From Gaiellaceae bacterium (GTDB lineage: Bacteria; Actinomycetota; Thermoleophilia; Gaiellales; Gaiellaceae): DNA of 64,000 nucleotides. Where the stretch lies: assembly GCA_035573355.1 (NCBI GenBank), contig DATMZV010000020.1, positions 5,917 through 69,916 on the forward strand. Reading direction: 5' to 3'. The translations under genes and the position numbers were made by a program. The notes beneath the pieces are model-generated. The model did not search any database. It worked only from the letters and a program-made list of their open reading frames with translations, and was not told the origin of the DNA. This document shows, one piece after another, positions 43,083 through 50,733 of the stretch. Numbering within the stretch: the stretch's first letter is position 1; each line of letters starts with the position of its first letter.

Positions 43083-43742
43083 ATGACCGGATGGACGCTG
43101 AAGGCCGCGAAAGTCGTGACAATGGTGGGTCTGCTGATCGCCGGAGTTGGTGTGTCAGCTGCCCTCGCCGATTCCGGCAACGGAAACGGGAATGGGAACG
43201 GTTCTCCCACGACGGTCCCAGGATCCCCGGGCGACGACTGCTCGCATGGCAACTCTGGCAAAGATTGCCGTCCCGATCCGAACCAGAACGGTAAGGACTG
43301 TGAGGACCACGGGAACGCGAAGGGCAACGAGGATCACTGCGATCAGGCCCAAACGACGACGACGGTTCCCACGACTACGAACGAGACCGCGACGACGAAC
43401 GAAACCACGACGACGAACCAGACCACGACAACGACTACGAAAACCGAGATGGGCACCACCCCGCCGACGACCACGAGCTCATCGACTCCGGGCAAGGGCG
43501 GATCATCCGGAGGGCCAGGAGTTTCCTCGGCGGCGGAGCCCACGGTCTCCACACCGGCGGTCCAGAACAAGCCGGCGCACCACGTGAAGGCTGCAGGGGC
43601 GAGCGGTGTCGCAGCGGCGACCAGCAAGCCCGGCGAGCTGCCTTTCACCGGCTTCCCCGCTTGGGTTCTTGCCCTGATCGGTTCCGCGATGCTCGCGGCC
43701 GGCCTCGGGCTCCGCAGAGTCGGGTCGAAAGTCGCCTCCTAG
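43083..43742 (+). CDS. Thr-rich surface protein with LPFTG sorting-signal-like C-terminus
   Basis: ATG 43083, 219 aa. Signal/TM, GNGNGNGNG, 4-Cys segment (DDCSHGNSGKDC...GKDCEDHGNAKGNEDHCD), TTTVPTTTNETATTNETTTTNQTTTTTT. LPFTG + TM + RRVGSK. Confidence 0.7.
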   Translation: MTGWTLKAAKVVTMVGLLIAGVGVSAALADSGNGNGNGNGSPTTVPGSPGDDCSHGNSGKDCRPDPNQNGKDCEDHGNAKGNEDHCDQAQTTTTVPTTTNETATTNETTTTNQTTTTTTKTEMGTTPPTTTSSSTPGKGGSSGGPGVSSAAEPTVSTPAVQNKPAHHVKAAGASGVAAATSKPGELPFTGFPAWVLALIGSAMLAAGLGLRRVGSKVAS

Positions 43743-43750
43743 CGCGTCCA

Positions 43751-43780
43751 TCGTGGTGGCCCCACCGCGGGCCACCACGA
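43751..43780. terminator. Bidirectional stem-loop between convergent genes
   Basis: TCGTGGTGGCCC-CACCGC-GGGCCACCACGA, perfect 12-bp stem. Confidence 0.6.
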
Positions 43781-43798
43781 TGTTCCGACTCTTCCCGG

Positions 43799-44470
43799 CT
43801 AGAGCAGAAGGACGCCGTTCACGAGGAGCGCGACGCCCACGACGACGAGGACGGAGACCGTCGCCGGGCGGCGGTGGCGGGCAAGCCATTCCACTGCGGC
43901 GTCGAGCGTTGCGACGGCCCGATCGCCGAGGAGCAGATAGCCCAGGACGGGCAACCACACCAGCAGCGTCGCGAGCAGCCCGTACCAGACGATCAGCGCA
44001 GCCTCGTTCGACCCCGTGATGCCCGAGGCGGCGATCGCGGCTGAGGCCAAGGCTGTGAGCACGAGGCGCTTCGGGCCGCCGATGCCGAACAGCAGCCCGA
44101 CGACCGAGGCCGTGACGACGTGGACGCGCTGCAGCCGTTCGAGCGCGGCCTTCGAGCGGCCGTTCGACGGGCGGCGCGGCGTCTCTGGACGGCGATGAAC
44201 CACGAAGGCGTACGAGAGGAGCACGATGGCGAGGCCGATCTCGAGCAGCCCCTCGACCGTCTGATGCGATTGCGAGCGATCGGGTGTCGCGATGGCGCCG
44301 ACCGCGACGAGTACCGCGCAGGCGAGCAACTGACCCAGGACGACGCCGAGCGCGAACCCGATGGCCTTGAGCCGGCCGGAGCGCATCACCGTGATCGTCG
44401 CCGCGAAGCCGAGCGGGCTCATGGTCGCAAGCACCGCGTAAGGGATCAGGTGAGCGGCCGCGCTCAGCAC
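43799..44470 (-). CDS. Polytopic membrane protein (GAP/Sap- or LysE-like)
   Basis: 223 aa, about 6 TM helices. Family call tentative. Confidence 0.55.
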   Translation of the reverse strand: MLSAAAHLIPYAVLATMSPLGFAATITVMRSGRLKAIGFALGVVLGQLLACAVLVAVGAIATPDRSQSHQTVEGLLEIGLAIVLLSYAFVVHRRPETPRRPSNGRSKAALERLQRVHVVTASVVGLLFGIGGPKRLVLTALASAAIAASGITGSNEAALIVWYGLLATLLVWLPVLGYLLLGDRAVATLDAAVEWLARHRRPATVSVLVVVGVALLVNGVLLL

Positions 44471-44522
44471 GGGTACGCGGCGCCCTCACGCCGCCCGTTT
44501 GGACGTTTCACGTCGGAGAACA

Positions 44523-44560
44523 GTAATGAAGGGTCCCCAGTTCGAGCCTGGGCGCCGGCT
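44523..44560 (+). repeat. tRNA-Thr 3'-half copy 2
   Basis: GTAATGAAGGGTCCCCAGTTCGAGCCTGGGCGCCGGCT. Confidence 0.7.
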
Positions 44561-44584
44561 CTCCCTTTTGATCCCTGAAATGAC

Positions 44585-44610
44585 GAAGCCCCGCGTCGCC
44601 GCGGGGCTTC
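44585..44610 (-). terminator. Strong stem-loop downstream of the PRC-barrel gene
   Basis: GAAGCCCCGCG-TCGC-CGCGGGGCTTC, perfect 11-bp stem, 23 nt after the stop codon. Confidence 0.65.
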
Positions 44611-44632
44611 GTGTTCTCGGACCTGCGACGGG

Positions 44633-44989
44633 CTAGCGGTCGCTGTAGCCCATACCGCCCGGGCCGTAGTAGCCGCCGAGCTCGTCGCGGTAGTCCTGGT
44701 CGCGGTACCGCTTGTCGTCGAACTCCGGCGCGTCCTTGATCTGATCCTTCGTGCGGTTGACGAACACCGTTTCGGTATCGAGATCGAAGTCACGAATGAC
44801 TCCGGCCGGGAGCATCACCTTCTTGCCGAAAATCCACGGGCCCGTGTCGACGACGATGAAGCTGCCGCCGGCCTCGTTGGTGGACTCGTCGACCTTGCCG
44901 ATGCTTCCGTCGAGCGCCTCGACCTTGAAGCCGGTCAAGTCGACGGACGGAGCCGTGCTGCTGTACGTCCAGATTTCAGCGATCGTCAT
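44633..44989 (-). CDS. PRC-barrel domain protein
   Basis: Start at MTIAEIWTYS (44989), 118 aa. GFKVEALDGSIGKVDE...FIVVDTGPWIFGKKVMLPAGVI is typical of the PRC barrel. Confidence 0.7.
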   Translation of the reverse strand: MTIAEIWTYSSTAPSVDLTGFKVEALDGSIGKVDESTNEAGGSFIVVDTGPWIFGKKVMLPAGVIRDFDLDTETVFVNRTKDQIKDAPEFDDKRYRDQDYRDELGGYYGPGGMGYSDR

Positions 44990-45117
44990 GTGCCTCAACC
45001 CCTTCGCGAAGGCCCTCGCCTTCGATCGTGTGCATGACCTGCTAGGTACCCCTCTTCTAGCCCTTGAGTGGTTTAGTAAACACGAGAAATCCCTGCAAAT
45101 ACAGATATTTCTAAATT

Positions 45118-45146
45118 GGTCGCCAGTTCGAATCTGGGCATCCGCT
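45118..45146 (+). repeat. tRNA T-arm/acceptor fragment, copy 3
   Basis: GGTCGCCAGTTCGAATCTGGGCATCCGCT, with T loop identical to the intact tRNA. Preceded by about 50 nt of unusually AT-rich DNA. Confidence 0.55.
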
Positions 45147-45249
45147 TCTCCCGACGGGCCACGAGGCGCTTTTGGCGCCGCCGCCATTAACCCCACCGAG
45201 AAAGCCGGTTCCATGTGGCACCCTGTCATCAGTGCTGAATAGTCGCTGC

Positions 45250-45771
45250 ATGAGTCTTGTCGTCTTCGGCGGACTTGTCGCTTTGACTGCGGCCGGCTGC
45301 GGCAGCACCAAGACGGTGACGCGGACGGTGACCGTACCCGCCAAGTCGACGTCGGACCTCGGCCCGCCCGCCGTGCAGACGCAGTTCGGCTACATCAAGT
45401 CCCTGACGCGAAAAGGCGCCGGCTACGTGCTTCGCTTCGATCCCGCCTTGTTGCTGAGTGGAATCACGGCGAACATCGCCGCTGCCGAGGACGGCGCAGT
45501 CGCACCGGGCGAACCCGTTCCGAACGACAACTACCGCCTGAACGAAGGCCACAGGCTGCTGACGTACCTGCTGCCCGTGAATGCGCGCGTCTCCGTCATC
45601 ACGCAGCACGGGCAGGGCTCGCTCGGCGAAACGAAGATCCCGGTCGACGAGCTGGCGCGGATCGTCAACGGCGGGAAGCATCGGAAGCTCTTCGAACCGC
45701 TGTCGACAGGGGTCTGGTTGCGAGTGCACATCGACACGGTGCTCACCCTCGATCAGCAGTATCAGCCGTGA
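45250..45771 (+). CDS. Lipoprotein, unknown function
   Basis: ATG 45250. Lipobox LTAAGC in MSLVVFGGLVALTAAGCGS. 173 aa. Confidence 0.6.
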   Translation: MSLVVFGGLVALTAAGCGSTKTVTRTVTVPAKSTSDLGPPAVQTQFGYIKSLTRKGAGYVLRFDPALLLSGITANIAAAEDGAVAPGEPVPNDNYRLNEGHRLLTYLLPVNARVSVITQHGQGSLGETKIPVDELARIVNGGKHRKLFEPLSTGVWLRVHIDTVLTLDQQYQP

Positions 45772-46190
45772 TGAAGAGGATCCTTGTCGGTGTCGACGGC
45801 TCGGACACATCGAAGCAGGCTCTGCGCTGGGCCGTCGACAACGCCGGAGATGCTGAAGTCGTTGCGCTCCACGTCTACGACGTCCCGCTACCGATTCCGG
45901 ACGCGGCGCCGGGCCACCCGGTCAACTTCGCGGAGATCGTCACCGAGACGCACGAGGGCGCAGTTCGATTCGTCACGTTGATCGTCGACGAGGTCGTGGG
46001 CGCCCAACGCTCGGTGCGGGCCGAAGCGATCGAAGGACATCCGGTCGAGGTGCTGCTCGAGGCCGCCGCCGACGCGGATCTGCTCGTGCTCGGTTCACAC
46101 GGCGCGGGGCGCGCCGAGTTTCTGATCGGCTCGGTCAGCCAGGAGTGCGTCCAGCGGGCTGCCGGGCCGGTTCTGATCTACCGCAGCTGA
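45768..46190 (+). CDS. Universal stress protein (UspA family)
   Basis: 140 aa. ILVGVDGS...LLVLGSHGAGRAEFLIGSVSQECVQRAAGPVLI. ATGA overlap with the lipoprotein gene. Confidence 0.85.
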   Translation: MMKRILVGVDGSDTSKQALRWAVDNAGDAEVVALHVYDVPLPIPDAAPGHPVNFAEIVTETHEGAVRFVTLIVDEVVGAQRSVRAEAIEGHPVEVLLEAAADADLLVLGSHGAGRAEFLIGSVSQECVQRAAGPVLIYRS

Positions 46191-46197
46191 TCCACGC

Positions 46198-47148
46198 GTG
46201 AGACCTCTGGGCGGAAAGATCGAGTCCTACGACGCCCCGTCGACGGAGGAGATCGCGCGACGGACCGGCCTGGACGTCGCCGGGATCATCCGTTTCGACG
46301 GCAACACGTCGCCGCACCTCTTGCCTTCGACACGGGCCGAAGCGCTTGCCGAGGAGCTGGCGCGCATCCACACGTACCCGCACGGCGGCTACCCCCGGCT
46401 CGAGCGGGCGATCGCCGACTACGCCGGTGTCTCGCCGGAGAACATCGTCCTCGGCGCGGGCGCGGACGATCTGATCATGCTCGTCACTCGTGCATTCGCA
46501 GGGCCGGGTGACCGGGTCGCGATCGCGAACGACCCGACCTATCCGATGTTCCACATCGCCGTGTGGGTCGCAGGCGCCGAGATCGACGACGACGATCCGG
46601 TGCTGACGATCTGCTGCCGGCCGAACAATCCGACGGGCGAGCTCGGCGAACTTCCCGCCGCCCGGCCGCTCGTCGTCGACGAGGCCTACTTCGAGTACTC
46701 GGGTGAGACGGCCGCCGGCCTGATCGAGGAAGGCGTGATCGTGTTGCGCACGTTCTCGAAAGTGTTCGGCCTCGCGGGTGCACGGGTGGGGTACGCCCTC
46801 GCAGGCCGCGACGTCGCCGCAGAGCTGAACAAGCGCCAGCATCCTGCGCCGTTGTCGACGCTCTCGGCTGCGCTAGCGATCGCGGCGCTGCAATCCCCTC
46901 CCCAGGTCGGTCCGCTCCTCGAAGAGCGCGAGCGCGTTGCGTCGCGCTTGCGCGAGCTCGGCTACGAGCCGCTGCCGTCGCACGCCAACTTTCTCTACGT
47001 GCCGGTCGACGAACCGCATGAGCTCGCCGGCTCGTTGCTTCAGCGAGGGCTCGCCGTGCGACCGGTCCGAGGCGGCATCCGCATCACGATCCGCAACGAG
47101 CAGGACGACGAGCGGTTCCTGGGCGTCCTCGGCGGCTCGATTGCCTAG
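46198..47148 (+). CDS. Class I/II PLP aminotransferase (short HisC/CobD-like)
   Basis: 316 aa, GTG start. ...RPNNPTG..., VVDEAYFEY, RTFSKVFGLAGARVGY (PLP lysine). Confidence 0.8.
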   Translation: MRPLGGKIESYDAPSTEEIARRTGLDVAGIIRFDGNTSPHLLPSTRAEALAEELARIHTYPHGGYPRLERAIADYAGVSPENIVLGAGADDLIMLVTRAFAGPGDRVAIANDPTYPMFHIAVWVAGAEIDDDDPVLTICCRPNNPTGELGELPAARPLVVDEAYFEYSGETAAGLIEEGVIVLRTFSKVFGLAGARVGYALAGRDVAAELNKRQHPAPLSTLSAALAIAALQSPPQVGPLLEERERVASRLRELGYEPLPSHANFLYVPVDEPHELAGSLLQRGLAVRPVRGGIRITIRNEQDDERFLGVLGGSIA

Positions 47149-47177
47149 CGGCCGTCCTTCCGAATAACCTAGGGGCG

Positions 47178-48605
47178 ATGGCGTCGAATCCCCATCGCTG
47201 GCGCATCCTCGCGGTAGTTGCGACGGCGTTCTTCATGACGATCCTCGACGTCTCGATCGTCAACGTCGCACTCCCGTCCATCGGGCGGGCACTCGACTTC
47301 TCGCGCGAGAACCTGCAGTGGGTGATCACGGCCTACTCGATCGCGTTCGGCGGCTTCCTGCTGCTCGGCGGGCGGGCAGCGGATCTGCTCGGGCGGCGCC
47401 GCGTGTTCATGGTCGGAGTGGCGCTGTTCACGCTCGCCTCGCTCGCGTGCGGGCTTGCGCAATCCGAGGGAATGCTGATTGCATCGCGCGCGGTGCAGGG
47501 GCTCGGCGGCGCGATCATCTCGCCTGCCGCTCTGTCGATCGTGATGACGAGCTTCGAGGAAGGGCCTGAGCGCAACAAGGCGCTCGGGATCTGGGGCGCG
47601 CTCGGAGGCAGCGGTGCCGCCGTTGGCGTGCTCGCAGGCGGCGTGCTGACGAAGTACCTCGGCTGGGAATGGATCTTCTTCGTCAACGTTCCCGTCGGCG
47701 CGGCCGTGCTCCTGCTGACGCCGCGCATCGTGCCGGAGAGCCGGCGCGACGAGACGGGCCGGAAGTACGACGTGCTCGGCGCCGTGCTCGTCAGCGGCGG
47801 CCTCGCACTCCTCGTCTACACGATCTCGAGGGCACCCGACGTCGGGTGGGTGACGGCACGAACGATCCTGCTGTTGATCGCTTCGGCCGGCCTCCTCGCC
47901 GGGTTCTTCTTCAACGAGCGCCGGATTCCCGATCCGCTGATGCCGTTCCACATCTTCCGCGTGCGAACAGTCACGGGGGCGAACGTCGTCGGCGCCTTGC
48001 TCGGTGCCGTCATCTTCGCGAACTTCTTCGTGTTGACGCTCTACGTGCAGGGGGTCCTGGGCTACTCCGCGCTGAAGGCGGGCGTGACGTTCGTCGCGAC
48101 GGCGGGAACCGCGGTCATCGCTGCCGGCGTTGCGCAGGCGCTGACCACGAGGTTCGGCCCGAAGCCGATCATCGCGATCGGCCTCGCGCTTCTCACCGCA
48201 GCGATGATCTGGTACTCGCAGATCCCGGTGCACGCGAGCTTCGTGTCCGATCTCTTGCCCGGCTATTTGATGGTCGGGGTCGGGATCGCCTTCGCCTTCG
48301 TCCCCGTTTCGATCGCGGCGCTCGCCGGGGTCGCCGAGCGGGAGGCCGGCCTGGCGTCCGGGCTGATCAACACGTCGCAGCAAATCGGCGGCGCGGTCGG
48401 CACGGCCGTCGCCTCGTCGATCTTCACGAGCCATTTCAAGACGCTCCTGCGCGAGGGAGAGTCGCTGCCGGCCGCGCTGACCGGGGGCTACAGCTGGGCC
48501 TTCTGGGGGCTCGCCGTATTCGGAGTGCTCGCGCTCATCGCATCGCTGACGCTGATCCGCAGCCAGGAGATGAGCGAGGCGCCTGCAGCGGCGCCGGGCC
48601 TCTAG
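47178..48605 (+). CDS. MFS transporter, DHA2 (EmrB/QacA) family
   Basis: 475 aa. VNVALPSIGRAL, GRAADLLGRRRVF. Paralogue of 17123..18574. Confidence 0.85.
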   Translation: MASNPHRWRILAVVATAFFMTILDVSIVNVALPSIGRALDFSRENLQWVITAYSIAFGGFLLLGGRAADLLGRRRVFMVGVALFTLASLACGLAQSEGMLIASRAVQGLGGAIISPAALSIVMTSFEEGPERNKALGIWGALGGSGAAVGVLAGGVLTKYLGWEWIFFVNVPVGAAVLLLTPRIVPESRRDETGRKYDVLGAVLVSGGLALLVYTISRAPDVGWVTARTILLLIASAGLLAGFFFNERRIPDPLMPFHIFRVRTVTGANVVGALLGAVIFANFFVLTLYVQGVLGYSALKAGVTFVATAGTAVIAAGVAQALTTRFGPKPIIAIGLALLTAAMIWYSQIPVHASFVSDLLPGYLMVGVGIAFAFVPVSIAALAGVAEREAGLASGLINTSQQIGGAVGTAVASSIFTSHFKTLLREGESLPAALTGGYSWAFWGLAVFGVLALIASLTLIRSQEMSEAPAAAPGL

Positions 48606-48610
48606 GTCTT

Positions 48611-48982
48611 TTAGACCTTCGCGACGAGCGCTTCCGGCACGGTGTCGTGCACGGAGAAGTGCCGGTCGAGGCCCGAGATCTGAAGCGCACGCTTCGTCTC
48701 GACTCCAGGAGCGGCAAGGATGAACGCGCGGCCGTTGTCGAGCTTCGTCCGCGCTTCGATCAGGACGCCCAGCGCCGTCGAGTCCATGAACTCGACCTCG
48801 CCGAGGTCGACCACGACCCGCTCAGGCGCTTCGGCGCAGGCGTCCGCCAGGGCGGCCCGGACACTTTCGGCGTTATAGAGATCGAGCTCGCCGCCCAGGC
48901 TGACCACGCACGCGGTCCCGACTTTCTCGATCCGCAAAACGGGATCCCTGCGCAGTCCGTCTCCGGTCGAGTTGTTCGGCAC
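48611..48982 (-). CDS. STAS-domain protein (anti-sigma-factor antagonist-like)
   Basis: GTG 48982, 8 nt after AAGGAGG. 123 aa. VVDLGEVEFMDSTALGVLI. The rest of listed ORF 48611..49849 is a shadow of hpnC. Confidence 0.7.
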   Translation of the reverse strand: MPNNSTGDGLRRDPVLRIEKVGTACVVSLGGELDLYNAESVRAALADACAEAPERVVVDLGEVEFMDSTALGVLIEARTKLDNGRAFILAAPGVETKRALQISGLDRHFSVHDTVPEALVAKV

Positions 48983-49120
48983 GACAATGCCCTCCTTGGC
49001 TCCACGAGCGCCGCAGGGGGGTCTGGGCGGGCTCGACGCAGACGAATTAGACACTTGCCCAACCCGAAGCGCAACCGTCATGTGTTGACCGGCTGCCTCC
49101 CGCAGGGGATCTTGTATGGC

Positions 49121-49918
49121 ATGGATGTGGCTGCCGTCGCCCGCCGAGCGCGCACCGAGAACTTCCCGGTTGCCTCCGTCCTCTTTCCTCGCCGTCTTCG
49201 GCCGCATCTGCGCGCCATCTACGGGTTCGCCCGGCTGGTGGACATTCTCGGCGACGAGGTGGAGGGCGATCGGCTCGCCGCGCTCGACGAGCTCGAGCGT
49301 GAGCTCGAAGCCTGTTACCGGAGCGAGCCGACCTGGCCTGTGATGCGCGCGCTGGCTCCCACCATCCACGAGTTCTCCTTGCCGCGTGAACCGTTTTTGC
49401 GTCTGATCGAGGCGAACCGAATGGATCAGCGCATCTCCGAGTACGCGACCTGGGCGGACCTTCGGGAGTACTGCCGGCATTCCGCGGATCCGGTGGGGCG
49501 GCTCGTGCTCGGTCTGCTCCGCCTGGACGGAGACGTCGAGCTCGTCGCGGCGAGCGACGACGTCTGCACGGGACTGCAGCTCGTCAATTTCCTGCAGGAC
49601 GTTCCGCGCGACCTCGAACTCGGACGCATCTACCTGCCGCTCGAGGACCGCCGCCGGTTCGACGTAACGGAGCTCGACCATCCCAGTCCGGAGCTCGTCG
49701 ACCTGCTGCGTTTCGAGGCCGCCCGCGCGCGAGAGCTCCTGGCCGCCGGCCAGCTGCTGCAGGAACGGATCGGCGGCCGTACCGGCCGCGCCGTCGGGCT
49801 CTTCGCGCGCGGCGGAGCGGCGGCACTCGACGCGCTCGAGTCCGCGCACTGGGATGTGTTCACGCAGCGCCCACGTCCTTCCCGCACCAGGCTCGCACTG
49901 GCGGCGCTCGCGCGATGA
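49121..49918 (+). CDS. hpnC: Squalene/phytoene synthase family, HpnC-type (hydroxysqualene synthase)
   Basis: ATG 49121, 265 aa. ENFPVAS...YGFARLVDILGDE...ICTGLQLVNFLQDVPRD. First gene of the hpn operon order. Confidence 0.8.
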   Translation: MDVAAVARRARTENFPVASVLFPRRLRPHLRAIYGFARLVDILGDEVEGDRLAALDELERELEACYRSEPTWPVMRALAPTIHEFSLPREPFLRLIEANRMDQRISEYATWADLREYCRHSADPVGRLVLGLLRLDGDVELVAASDDVCTGLQLVNFLQDVPRDLELGRIYLPLEDRRRFDVTELDHPSPELVDLLRFEAARARELLAAGQLLQERIGGRTGRAVGLFARGGAAALDALESAHWDVFTQRPRPSRTRLALAALAR

Positions 49919-50733
49919 CCACCGAGCAGGCCTATGCGGAGGTCGAGCGCCTGACTCGGCGACGCGCGCGCAACTTTGCGTACGGGATCATGGTGCTCCC
50001 ACGTGAGAAGCGTCGCGCGATCGCAGCCATCTATGCATTCGCGCGGCAGGTCGACGACGTCGCCGACGGTGAGCTGCCGCGCGACGAGAAGCGGGAGCAG
50101 CTCGAAAAGCTGCGCGTCGCGCTCGATTCGCCCGGCCCCGATGCGATGTCGGTGGCGCTCGCCGACGCGCGTGCGCGCTTTCCGATTCCCGACAGTGCGC
50201 TGCATGCACTCGTCGAAGGCGGCCTGCAGGATCTCGACCAGACGCGCTACGCGCACTTCGAGGAGCTGCGCTCGTATTGCACGAAGGTGGCCGGCGCGGT
50301 CGGCGTCGCGTGTGTGGCGGTGTACGGCTCGGAGGATGTCGAGCGTGCCGAGACGCTCGGGATCGCGCTGCAGCTGATCAACATCATCCGGGACGTGCGT
50401 GAGGACTGGGGGCTCGGCCGCGTCTATCTCCCGCAGGACGAGCTTGCGTCGTTCGGCGTCACCGAGGACGAGATCGCGGCCGGCGAAACGACAGACGCGT
50501 GGCGGGCGCTGATGACGTTCCAGTCCGAACGCGCCCGCGCCTACCTGCGCGACGGGCTCGGCCTCACACGTACGCTCGACGGTAGAAGCGCCTTGTGTAT
50601 CTCCACGTTCGCCGGCCTCTATCGCGCGACGCTCGATCGCATCGAGGCGCGCGGCTTCGACGTCTTCGACGGCCCGCCACAGCTCTCGACGCTGACGAAA
50701 CTGCGGATCGTGGGCGGGGGCCTGCGGCGATGA
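49915..50733 (+). CDS. hpnD: Squalene/phytoene synthase family, HpnD-type (presqualene diphosphate synthase)
   Basis: 272 aa, ATGA overlap. RNFAYGIMVLPREKRRAIAAIYAFARQVDDVADG...LQLINIIRDVREDW. Confidence 0.8.
   Translation: MTTEQAYAEVERLTRRRARNFAYGIMVLPREKRRAIAAIYAFARQVDDVADGELPRDEKREQLEKLRVALDSPGPDAMSVALADARARFPIPDSALHALVEGGLQDLDQTRYAHFEELRSYCTKVAGAVGVACVAVYGSEDVERAETLGIALQLINIIRDVREDWGLGRVYLPQDELASFGVTEDEIAAGETTDAWRALMTFQSERARAYLRDGLGLTRTLDGRSALCISTFAGLYRATLDRIEARGFDVFDGPPQLSTLTKLRIVGGGLRR

Larger units (their letters stand above)
41950..45117. mobile_element. Decayed integrative-element remnants bounded by tRNA-Thr 3'-half repeats
   Basis: Three att-like partial tRNA copies follow the intact gene (42296, 44523, 45118). 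An AT-rich junction lies at ~45070..45117. No integrase ORF remains. Confidence 0.4.

Noticed and set aside
43360-43450. Tandem nucleotide repeats considered as a possible CRISPR or other non-coding array; likewise 34010..34075 and 41753..41797
   Set aside because: They are in-frame low-complexity coding repeats (Thr-rich, poly-Gly, KPD) without the spacer-repeat architecture, and there are no cas genes.
47669-49120. N-terminal 484 codons of the 749-aa ORF 47669..49918
   Set aside because: This is an out-of-frame shadow across the MFS gene (same strand) and the STAS gene (opposite strand). A recognisable squalene-synthase-family sequence starts only at ATG 49121.
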